This document shows positions 29,502-38,382 of a stretch of 64,000 nucleotides of DNA, piece after piece. A model generated the notes under the pieces. The model was not told the DNA's origin. It did not search any database and was given only the letters and a program-made list of their open reading frames with translations. Source of the stretch: Candidatus Poribacteria bacterium (GTDB taxonomy: Bacteria; Poribacteria; WGA-4E; PCPOR2b); contig OZ240245.1 in assembly GCA_965198175.1 (NCBI GenBank), forward strand, positions 3,872,001 through 3,936,000, written 5' to 3'. Position 1 is the stretch's first letter; each line of letters begins with the position of its first letter. The position numbers and the translations under genes are program-made.

Positions 29502-30296
29502 CTACGGCGCCGTCAGCATGGCGGCGAGATCTGCCGGTAACTTAACTCCAGTTTCCCGTTTGAAGTCCGGTACGCTTTCGTAGAAGTAATGAAATACTGT
29601 GATAATATCTATCCCCATGTTCTTGGCATCCGTTAGGTCTCCTCTCGCTTTTTTCCATTCCTTCAGGTGCAACTGCGCTACTCCGCGACCAGCATAAGGC
29701 TCAGCAAGGTCAGGTTTCAGTTCTATCGCTCTGTTATAATCGTCAATTGCATGGTCGATCTTCCCTTTTTTCGTGTACGCATTACCACGATTGTTATATG
29801 CAGCAGCAAGGTCACACTTCAGCTCTATCGTCTTGGTATAGCCTACGATGGCACGGTCAAAATTGCCCTTTTTGGTGTAAGCAACCGCGCGATTGTAATG
29901 TGCCTCAATAAAATCAGGTTTCAGTTGTATCGCCTTGTCATAGTCTTCAATAGCGCGGTCCTCCTCGCCTTTTTCCCGATATGCCGCACCACGATTGCTA
30001 TAAGGCTCGGCATAACTAGGATCGAGCTCTATCGCCTTATTACAGTCTTCGATTGCACGGTCGTACTCGCGTCTGATGCGATAAACCGCCCCGCGATTGT
30101 TGTAAGCTATGGCATAATCCGGTTTCAGTTTAATTGCCATGTTAAAATCTTCAATAGCGCGAACATGATCTCCATTATCACTGTACGCAATACCGCGATT
30201 GTTATAGGCGATCACAAAATCACGATTCAGCGCTATTGCTTTGCTATAGTGCTCAATTGCCTTATCATAATGTTCAAGTTTCGCTTGTGTTTTCAT
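29502..30296 (-). CDS. TPR-repeat protein (module 1)
   Basis: About seven AY.NRG..Y...G....AI.DY.KAI.L.P units. Start MKTQ with SD AGGAG 9 nt upstream, inside the FRG gene. Confidence 0.9.
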   Translation of the reverse strand: MKTQAKLEHYDKAIEHYSKAIALNRDFVIAYNNRGIAYSDNGDHVRAIEDFNMAIKLKPDYAIAYNNRGAVYRIRREYDRAIEDCNKAIELDPSYAEPYSNRGAAYREKGEEDRAIEDYDKAIQLKPDFIEAHYNRAVAYTKKGNFDRAIVGYTKTIELKCDLAAAYNNRGNAYTKKGKIDHAIDDYNRAIELKPDLAEPYAGRGVAQLHLKEWKKARGDLTDAKNMGIDIITVFHYFYESVPDFKRETGVKLPADLAAMLTAP

Positions 30297-30975
30297 TCTC
30301 CATATCTCCTGCTTGTTGCTGGATTGAACCGACATAAAACTCTATACCGGCAATCTGGTGCATATCCTGATTTCTAATAAATCCATGAAGGTCGTTGTAA
30401 ATAGTGTCTGTAGATATACCGTGATGTTTATGCAGGTAACTTAATATCGGTTGTTTAAGGTGTGCTGGGATAGTGATTACATCGTTTGGCTTAACAAAAC
30501 CTGCGGGTGGTCGAATGAACACACTCTTCTGGGCAATGATACGGTGTCGCGGGTTCTGAGGTGTTCTCTCAACTCGATTTTCGTCCTGCGCTCCTTCTCC
30601 CAATAGAATAACCCTTCCGGGTTTGTCAAAGAAGCGATCGCAGGCAAAGAAAAGGGCTATGTGGCTATCGGTCGTAAAGTCTATAAGATTGGTGTGCCCC
30701 CCATAGTGTTGAAGTTCAGCCCAAATTTCAATTTCCCCTTGTTCGAGGGTGTAGTTTTTAGCAGAGACCAGTATTAGCCCTTCAATAGCCTGTATGTCAA
30801 AGTCCTCGGTCCGCATTTTTTTCTTGCATTCACGCCAAAGGCTTGACGACATGTTTCTATAACGTCTGGGTTCGCCGCGGTAGATGTAGTTACCACTATC
30901 TGATTTTTGTGCTATCTTACCGATGATCCCCAAAATCGCACTTAGATCGTCTTGGGAATTGGATTGATTTTCCAT
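30274..30975 (-). CDS. FRG-domain protein (module 1)
   Basis: YIYRGE, SSLWR, LQHYGGHTNLIDFT, ALFFAC, NPRHRIIAQKSVF. Confidence 0.85.
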   Translation of the reverse strand: MENQSNSQDDLSAILGIIGKIAQKSDSGNYIYRGEPRRYRNMSSSLWRECKKKMRTEDFDIQAIEGLILVSAKNYTLEQGEIEIWAELQHYGGHTNLIDFTTDSHIALFFACDRFFDKPGRVILLGEGAQDENRVERTPQNPRHRIIAQKSVFIRPPAGFVKPNDVITIPAHLKQPILSYLHKHHGISTDTIYNDLHGFIRNQDMHQIAGIEFYVGSIQQQAGDMENENTSET

Positions 30976-31195
30976 GCTAATGATTTTTCCGCAACGATGG
31001 TCATTTCTTCATTGTTAAGATCGCAGATTGTAAGGGAATTCATCTTCGATTTGATGATCAAAGGTCAGATTTGAGGATGACACGGATTGAAAAAAATCTA
31101 TCTGCTATGGGTTCGTTCCGAAAAAACGCATGTTGTGTTCTTCTCGTGTCAATTTCTGTTTTCATCGCGAACGGGACACGTCAGTCTGTCATCAT

Positions 31196-32038
31196 TCACG
31201 CCTGCGGCGGCGTCAGCATGGCGGCGATGTCTTGCGGAAGATTTATCCCAGTTCCTTCCTCAAAGATGGCGACGCTTGCGTACACGCTATGAAACTCATT
31301 GATGATATTTACGCCCATACGCCTTGCAGCCATCAGGTCTGCTTTAGCATCTAACCACGCTTTCACGTGTAAGCGTGTTATACCGCGGGCAGAATAAGCT
31401 ATTTCATAATCCGATTTTTGGTCTATCACCTTGGTAAAATCGGCAAGGGCACTGCCAAAATCACCTTTACGGTAGAAAGTAACGCCACGAGTGTGATAAA
31501 TTGCGGCGTCATTGGGTCTGAGGGTTACCGCTTGCGTGAAGTCCCCAATGGCACGGTCATGGTTGCCCTTTTTGGCGTAAGCAACCCCGCGATTATAATA
31601 TGTTGTGGCATCGTTGGGTCTGAGGTTTATCGCTTGGGTGTAGTCGTCAATGGCATGGTCAAAATAGCCCTCTTTGGCGTATGCAATACCTCGAGAGCGG
31701 TAGGCTATCTCACCATGGACTCCACGCTCTATTACTTCGGACAAGTCGTTAATAGCGAGTTTGTAGTTACCAATTTTGGCGTAAGCAAGTCCGCGATCTA
31801 GATAGGCTTCGGTGTAACGCGGATTCAACTCTATTGCTCTGTTATGATCAACAATTGCGCGGTCATACTCGCCTTTGCTCCGGTAAGCAACACCGCGACT
31901 CGTATAGGCTTCGGCAAAATCGGGTTTTAGTTCAATCGCTTTCCCATAGTGCTCGATTGCCTTATCGTAATGTTCGATTGCCTTATCATAATGCTCGATT
32001 GCCTTATCATAATGCTCAAGTTCCGTTTGTGTCTTCAT
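31196..32038 (-). CDS. TPR-repeat protein (module 2)
   Basis: TPR units as in module 1, N-terminal (HYDKAIE)n expansion, shared C-terminal LP.D.AAMLT.P. Confidence 0.9.
   Translation of the reverse strand: MKTQTELEHYDKAIEHYDKAIEHYDKAIEHYGKAIELKPDFAEAYTSRGVAYRSKGEYDRAIVDHNRAIELNPRYTEAYLDRGLAYAKIGNYKLAINDLSEVIERGVHGEIAYRSRGIAYAKEGYFDHAIDDYTQAINLRPNDATTYYNRGVAYAKKGNHDRAIGDFTQAVTLRPNDAAIYHTRGVTFYRKGDFGSALADFTKVIDQKSDYEIAYSARGITRLHVKAWLDAKADLMAARRMGVNIINEFHSVYASVAIFEEGTGINLPQDIAAMLTPPQA
31951..32018. repeat. 21-bp in-frame tandem repeat (~3 copies) encoding HYDKAIE
   Basis: gctcgattgccttatcgtaat / gttcgattgccttatcataat / gctcgattgccttatcataat. Confidence 0.85.
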
Positions 32039-32724
32039 TCTCAGATGCTCCTACTTGTTGATAGGTCAGGCCTCTATAATACTCTATGTACGCTTTCTCA
32101 TGAATCTCCTGATTTATAATAAATCCGTGAAGGTCGTTGTACATCGTTGCGGTAGATATGCCGTGGTACTTCCGCAGATGGTCTAAGATGGATTCTTTGA
32201 GCGATTTTGATTTCATCGTATTGGTCTGGTTCAATGTAGCCTTTGGGCGGTCGCACGAAGATACTCTTCTGAGCGATAACGCGATTTTGCGGATTCAGAG
32301 GTTCCTCGACTTGGTATTTTTTGGTTATCTCGTCGGTTTTTTGCAACAAGATAATCCTTCCATCTTCGTAATGGGTACCGTCGCAGGCGAAATAAAGCGC
32401 TCTCAGGTAGTCGGTCGTAAAATCAATCAGGTTGGTCTTTCCTCCATAGTGTTGAAGTTGCGCCATCATTTCAAACCCTGCGTCGGTTCCGCGGGCATAG
32501 CTTTCAGCGGCGTCCAGAATTTTATCTTGGACATAATCTATATCAACAACTTCTATATCAAATTGCTCATCCTTAATTTTTTTCCTGAATTGACGCCAAA
32601 GACTTGAGGAGACTCTCTCATGACATTTAGGTTCGCCACGATAAATGTAGTCAGCGTTGACTGATTTCCCCTCTATCTCTCTGATTTTTTCCCTAATTTG
32701 GCTTAGGTCGTTTGGTTTGCTCAC
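32016..32724 (-). pseudogene. FRG-domain gene (module 2), frameshifted near 32205
   Basis: YIYRGE...LQHYGGKTNLIDFT...RVIAQKSIF in one frame; the homologous tail KESILDHLRKYHGIST..YNDLHGFI continues in another frame. Confidence 0.8.
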
Positions 32725-33088
32725 AATTTGTTCTCCATAATAGCGATTCGCTCATTTGTCTGAATCGCGGATTGCCACGGATTCAGGGATGACACAGTTT
32801 GAAGAACCTCCGTCACCTTTGGGTTCGTTTCGAAAAAATGGATATTGCTTTTTTTATTGCGGTAACTTTTTTTTGCATCTTCAACGGGTCGTGTTTAGTC
32901 TGTCATCATTTACGACTGCTGCGGTGTCAGCATGTTTATTACGTGCAGGTACAGATTTAGGTGGAACCATGTGCCGAATTTCGGGCTCCACCGGGTTCGC
33001 AAAGCAATGTCATTCCTTACTAGCCAGGCTTTGATGCCGGAAAACTCACCTCACATTTCTAGTCTCCTCATTGTAAAGAATAGTGGAC

Positions 33089-34300
33089 TCAAGAAGAGCG
33101 ATAAAGCTTTCGCGCACGATAACTTGAACGCATACGGGAGTATAAGCGCGAAATAGAAAACCGGGCGAAAATCCATCGTCGAAGACCACGCCACCCGTGC
33201 AGGCAAACGAATAACCATAGTTGAAACAGCCATGTATAACAGGTCATACGTAGCGAGGTGCTAACATCTTCATGAGTGACGTCCAAACAAGCTTTCGGAC
33301 CGAACGGACGAGGTTGATTGAATAATCGAAATCGTCGATATTGGTCGGCAAGCATAGCGTTGAGCGAGGAGTACCTATCCCATCTGGCACGTGATATTAT
33401 GCTGTCAGGAGTTGGAAAGTCCGGTTCTCTGAACATTTTCCATAACGAGATAGGAGATTGCCAGCGTTGGGCGGCGGGATCGGCATAGAAATTAGGGTCG
33501 GCTACTTTAGCCCACGAATCAACTGATTCCAGCGTTGGATTCCATAGCACAACAACGGAGTCGAAAGGACACCAATTCTTACGAAGGACAGAACGCTCAA
33601 TCGTCTCAAGCCCAAAATACAAACGGGTAACAAAATCTGTAAGTACTGTCGACGGATCTGTTGGATCTGACGGGTATGTTGCAAAGAACAAAGGCAAACC
33701 GACGATAAGCATGCCACGTCCATAATCACGAGCAAGAGATTGATAGGAACCTCCCTCACGCCCTTTCTGAGCCTTATCCTTTATAGCGCAAATCACTTGG
33801 TCTGCCATCTTACGCTGTAAATGGGCATTGGGTGGACCTAGACTAAGAGATTGTAGAACTTCAGTAGGGTCAATTTGCCCTCTTCCCCGCAAACCGTTGT
33901 ATTCTCGAACAAACCCATTCACTTTTGGGGCATGTTCCGGTAAGAATACTTCCGTGACTTCAATCCAAACGCGAGCGCGTACCGTGGATCGGAAATTGGA
34001 CAGTAACAAGTCAAAGAAGGCATCGCCGGGGTCATCCAACTTTCGCTCCAAATCCGCGAGACGAAGCTCTGTCCGCCCACCCATACCGAAACCATTAAGT
34101 GGCCATCGATCAGTCCACGACCATTGCTCAACCCAATGTCGTTCGCGTAGGTATTTCGGAATATCGCGATGCGGAACGTCCTGAAAATTGGGATCACGTT
34201 CCTCACCACAAACGCGAAGAATAGCAGGTATATCCTCGTTAGGTAGTGTTCTTTGCCGATCTATTTTTTGTTGTTTGTCATCTAAAAGCACCAAAACCAC
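33089..34300 (-). CDS. Hypothetical protein, possible PD-(D/E)XK-like nuclease with hydrophobic C-terminal segment
   Basis: 403-aa ORF with SD GAGGT; DDPGDAFFDLLL...VWIEVTE...IKDKAQK...Y pattern. The fold is an inference. Confidence 0.55.
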   Translation of the reverse strand: MVLVLLDDKQQKIDRQRTLPNEDIPAILRVCGEERDPNFQDVPHRDIPKYLRERHWVEQWSWTDRWPLNGFGMGGRTELRLADLERKLDDPGDAFFDLLLSNFRSTVRARVWIEVTEVFLPEHAPKVNGFVREYNGLRGRGQIDPTEVLQSLSLGPPNAHLQRKMADQVICAIKDKAQKGREGGSYQSLARDYGRGMLIVGLPLFFATYPSDPTDPSTVLTDFVTRLYFGLETIERSVLRKNWCPFDSVVVLWNPTLESVDSWAKVADPNFYADPAAQRWQSPISLWKMFREPDFPTPDSIISRARWDRYSSLNAMLADQYRRFRLFNQPRPFGPKACLDVTHEDVSTSLRMTCYTWLFQLWLFVCLHGWRGLRRWIFARFSISRLYSRMRSSYRARKLYRSS

Positions 34301-34351
34301 CTACCTCAACTTTGCATTCTCTTATGTCCTGAAAATCCTGATTCAAATAAT

Positions 34352-37300
34352 TTACGATTCCTCCCCAATCTCGATTTCATCGGGAGTGAGATTGTACAAT
34401 GAGTATACCACCTGATCAATCTCATTTTCAAGTTGGGATACATCGGCGACCGGGGCGGTGCGTTTGGCGACGAGGATTTGATCGACTAGTTCAATAATTG
34501 GTGCCTGTTGCTCTGGAGACACATCGGGAATTGGCAACTTCTTCCAATCATCAGGATAGAGGTGAATATTGCTGCGACGATTCGCTCTCAGGAAATTATG
34601 GGCGACAGTCGAGTTCATCACAGCGAGCAAGAATTTCACGGCAAAACGACGACTTGTCATTTCAAGTTCTTCCCGATTAGGTAAATCTGGGCGTGGAATT
34701 TCGTCACGATAGCGCGTCTGTTTTTTGATGGATCTATTACGGACGCCGGACAAGCTGTGCCACGGGATAAAAGACCACGCAGAATGATTGTGATAGAATT
34801 GCTGATTATCATAGGCAACACGCAGTTTTTCCACTCCGGCAGCCATGTCAACTGAAATCAATTTCTCTCCCACTTCATATACTTCAGGAAACGTTGGACG
34901 ACTAAACAAGCTAGGTGCTCGTTTCGTACCCCACTCCAGCCATTTATTTGTTGCGGGAAGCCACCTCGCAAGATGTTTACCTTCTACAAACGGTTTTGGA
35001 TGGCGATTATCTCCTATATCTGAAACTAAATCTCTTAACTCAAACTCACCTCGCGCTTTTTTTTCGTGGGCATGGACGACCATACCCTTTGTGATGTAGC
35101 AAATTTCCTCAAGCGATACCGCTGGCACTACAAATGACAGAAACTCGGTATCTTCCGGGAAAAAGACGCGATAAGTCAATTCACGCTGTTCGTTAGTTGG
35201 CAACAAATTGACAATACCAAATTCTGGATCATGAACACGGCGTTCTGGTTGTTGATGGCTACCGTCTGCCTTTTGAAACAAATAAGTAATGTTACGGACT
35301 CCTGCATCGAAGATTTTAATCTTACTAAAGAAGTCAAGTCGTAGGATACGACTATTTTTAAGAACCCAGTCTTGTGACTTCTGGGCATATTTGGAGTGAC
35401 AATAGGCATCCGAAACAATCAATGTCGTGAATCCGCTCGGCTTGAGCAGTTTGTAGCTCCGTTCAATGAAGGGAATGTACAAGTCCCACTTTTCCCATAG
35501 GGTTTCGTACTGATTGCTGTTTTCAATTCTCTTACGCATTTCTAGATGCTCGCCACCGGAATCTGCTCTGACATACGGCGGATTGCCAATCGTAATAGTA
35601 AATCCATCCCTGACGCCAAACATCCGCTCTGGATCAAAGAAATCAGCAGTTGCATTCTGGTCGTAGGGCTTCCAACCGGTGATTTTGCGGGCTTCTTCAA
35701 GGTGGGCATCATATCTTGCCTCACGCCACAAATACTCCCTCTGTTCCTCTTCTAGTACCTGTTGGCGGTGTTCTGGGGTGGGAATTTGATTAACTTTTCG
35801 CTTTATCTCTCGTTGCTGAATCGCCTCCCATGTCGCTTTCTGGCTCTCCAATTCCTTTTCCAACTGCTCGCGGCATGTGTCCTCACGCTTTTCAAGGTTA
35901 AGTTTCTGCCTTCGGTTGTTTGTGAGGAAATACTTATCACGAATCCTCTCGATTTCTCTTAGCCAACGTTGTACCGCGTCATCTTTAAGTAGAGATGTGC
36001 CTCCGGTTGGCTGCAAGCCAATTAGTGTATTCGCAGCGACGAAGCGGGTTTCCAGATTCGGCAGGGGCTTAATTCCGAAATTGTCAGCGGTCTTATCGGG
36101 CGCCTGCTCAATGGTGAGGGAGATAAAGAATCGCAGTTTGGCGATTTGGCACGCCACAGGTTGAATATCTACGCCGAAAATACTGTTCTGAATCAGATAC
36201 AACTTTCGCCCAAAGTCGGAATCGCGATACCGTTTGAACGTTTCGTCGATTTCGAGGAGTTCTTCAGGTCGCGTTTTGTCATCTATTGTATCAAACGCAT
36301 TCGCCGCCTTCTGTGCGGCACGGTTTATCTGTAATTTTTCCCAGCGGTTATTTGTCGGATCAAGCCGTCGTAACGCGAGGGTCAGTTTGTGTAGCACACC
36401 CATTGGGAAGGCGCCTGAACCGACGGCTGGATCCAGTATCTTCAGTTGAGAAATTGCCCCCACAAGCGCGTCTGTCTCATTCTCATCTAACCATTCGCTC
36501 GCATCGTCACAGACTTGTGCATAGTCGAACAGATAGTGCAATCGCTCATTCAAGAACTTCACATCGCTGTCCGTTGGCAATACCTGTGCTGCCAGCGTTG
36601 CGACCAAAGCCTCCTCCACCATGTAGTCCACAATAGGGCGTGGGGTGTAGTAGGAACCGGTCTGTTTTCGTTTGGTTCGCCCGGTTTCGGGGTTATATGT
36701 AGCGAGCAGGTTTTCAAACACCTTACCGAGCAGTTCTGGATCCAACGCCACCTCCTGCTCTATCGGCGTACTTTCCTCGACGGTGAACTTGTAGTGTTTT
36801 AGAAGGGGGAGCAGACCGCGCGTCTCCTCAAAGAACAGACGGTTGGGAACACTCAGCTTCCTGTAATGCTCATCGGAAAAACAGTCAATGCGAGATCCGC
36901 CCGCCCTTATCCCCTTGAAGTCGTCCAGACAATCGAACAACCCTCCGTTGATGAATGGTGTTTTGCCAAATAGCGTTTCAAACGTATCCGAGTTGTTCAT
37001 CTGAGCTCTGTAGCGATACACGGAGAAGTTTCGATGGTCGAGTTTCCCTTTACTGAACCGACGCTCGTCAATCTCGGTGTTCAACGTGGCAAAGAACAAG
37101 TTCTGTAATACCGCGCGGTAGTAGGAATCTCCAGTGTCGCGGTTGTAGTCCTTCAGCAAGGGAGCAACTTCCCGTTCGTCAAATAGTTCGTCCGCAACCA
37201 ACCCCTTCTCCTTTATAAACCAGACGAAAAGCATGCGCGTGATTAACCGGATGACGTGCTGCTCCGCCTTCAAATTGCGTTTCTCGTTCTCTGGGAATCT

Positions 37301-38023
37301 TGCCTCAGAAACTGCCCATTTAAACCAGTTGAACAGCCTTAGGTAAAACTGCCTGTTGAGCACTTCGGTGTCCAGCGTCGTTTTCCACGCCTCATGAAGT
37401 TGCAGGAAATTTTTGAACTTGTGCTTCTCATGTAGCTCGGCAATCGAGAGGTCAAACAGGATTTCGATGTGGGCACGGTGGGGGTCGGCGATTTTAATGT
37501 CCTTGATGAGCGTCGCCTTTTCGAGAACATCTTTGGATTCGTCGCGTTTGTGCAATCGGCGGTCGATTACCGCGAAGGTGAGCGTCTCGCCGTGTTGGAA
37601 GAGAATCATCGCGGGCATGTTGAACGGTTTGTTAATCTCGCGTGTAATCTCGGAAAGTCGCGTGCGGGAATAGTAGTTCTCGCTTAGCTTGAGGGCAAAA
37701 AAGAGGTAGGATTGATAAACGCTGTTGTCTAATCCGCTGTCCACAAAGCCAAATGTGGTCTGAGCGCCCTGAGTGATTTCCTCCTCGGTCAGTTGAAACA
37801 GAAAGTCAACCGATTCCCATTCATCAAGCAACGCTCGGTCTCTGTTGATCTTGCCTTCAAGATTGAAAGCGGAAAGAAACCCGTCGGCGGTGTTGGGTTC
37901 AAGGTCAATCCTCCGTTCGCTGTCGTAGCCGAGGACGTTGAGGAGGTGTCGCGCGTTTTCGGCGAGGTTGCCATCGCTGAAGCGTTGTAGAGCTCTTTTA
38001 ATTTCGTTTTTGGATGTGGTCAT
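34352..38023 (-). CDS. Eco57I-like (type IIG-like) N6-adenine DNA methyltransferase with TaqI-C-like specificity domain
   Basis: PFINGGLF, LLGKVFENLL, GSYYTPR, ILDPAVGSGAF, GVDIQ, IGNPPYV, C-terminal IDQVVYSLYNLT. Confidence 0.92.
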   Translation of the reverse strand: MTTSKNEIKRALQRFSDGNLAENARHLLNVLGYDSERRIDLEPNTADGFLSAFNLEGKINRDRALLDEWESVDFLFQLTEEEITQGAQTTFGFVDSGLDNSVYQSYLFFALKLSENYYSRTRLSEITREINKPFNMPAMILFQHGETLTFAVIDRRLHKRDESKDVLEKATLIKDIKIADPHRAHIEILFDLSIAELHEKHKFKNFLQLHEAWKTTLDTEVLNRQFYLRLFNWFKWAVSEARFPENEKRNLKAEQHVIRLITRMLFVWFIKEKGLVADELFDEREVAPLLKDYNRDTGDSYYRAVLQNLFFATLNTEIDERRFSKGKLDHRNFSVYRYRAQMNNSDTFETLFGKTPFINGGLFDCLDDFKGIRAGGSRIDCFSDEHYRKLSVPNRLFFEETRGLLPLLKHYKFTVEESTPIEQEVALDPELLGKVFENLLATYNPETGRTKRKQTGSYYTPRPIVDYMVEEALVATLAAQVLPTDSDVKFLNERLHYLFDYAQVCDDASEWLDENETDALVGAISQLKILDPAVGSGAFPMGVLHKLTLALRRLDPTNNRWEKLQINRAAQKAANAFDTIDDKTRPEELLEIDETFKRYRDSDFGRKLYLIQNSIFGVDIQPVACQIAKLRFFISLTIEQAPDKTADNFGIKPLPNLETRFVAANTLIGLQPTGGTSLLKDDAVQRWLREIERIRDKYFLTNNRRQKLNLEKREDTCREQLEKELESQKATWEAIQQREIKRKVNQIPTPEHRQQVLEEEQREYLWREARYDAHLEEARKITGWKPYDQNATADFFDPERMFGVRDGFTITIGNPPYVRADSGGEHLEMRKRIENSNQYETLWEKWDLYIPFIERSYKLLKPSGFTTLIVSDAYCHSKYAQKSQDWVLKNSRILRLDFFSKIKIFDAGVRNITYLFQKADGSHQQPERRVHDPEFGIVNLLPTNEQRELTYRVFFPEDTEFLSFVVPAVSLEEICYITKGMVVHAHEKKARGEFELRDLVSDIGDNRHPKPFVEGKHLARWLPATNKWLEWGTKRAPSLFSRPTFPEVYEVGEKLISVDMAAGVEKLRVAYDNQQFYHNHSAWSFIPWHSLSGVRNRSIKKQTRYRDEIPRPDLPNREELEMTSRRFAVKFLLAVMNSTVAHNFLRANRRSNIHLYPDDWKKLPIPDVSPEQQAPIIELVDQILVAKRTAPVADVSQLENEIDQVVYSLYNLTPDEIEIGEES

Positions 38024-38052
38024 GCTTTAGATTCTCCGAGGTGAAGAGTACC

Positions 38053-38226
38053 TGACCCCCTCTAGCTCCCCCTTAGCAAGGGGATCAACTGAGCGAATAG
38101 CAAAGGCGATAGTCTTCCGAAAACTATCGCAGTCGCAATTCGCTTCTTTGAAAACTCACTATTCGTTCGCTTGATTTATCCGCTCAGTCGATCTCAACCC
38201 AACCTACGAAAACCACCCAACCTACG
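38053..38226. repeat. REP-like composite element
   Basis: CCCCCTCTAGCTCCCCCTTAGCAAGGGG, GATCAACTGAGCGAATAGC.AAGGCGATAGT and CAACCCAACCTAC. Matching parts occur at 54913-55000 and 60895-60934. Confidence 0.75.
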
Positions 38227-38382
38227 GGCTGCTACAGATTTACTTATTTTGTGAGCATTTAGTACATCCAAAAAAACGCGAAAGTGGGCTTTACGCTAGA
38301 CAGGACGTGGGTTTCGGGCGTTGAGCATTATTGAGCATTTGAAAAAATAAGTTGAGAATGCTCATTTTCAATACACAGATAA

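Noticed and set aside
29200..29620. Orphan TPR C-terminal copy as a DGR template repeat
   Set aside because: Differences from the intact genes are not confined to adenines, and no reverse transcriptase is present.
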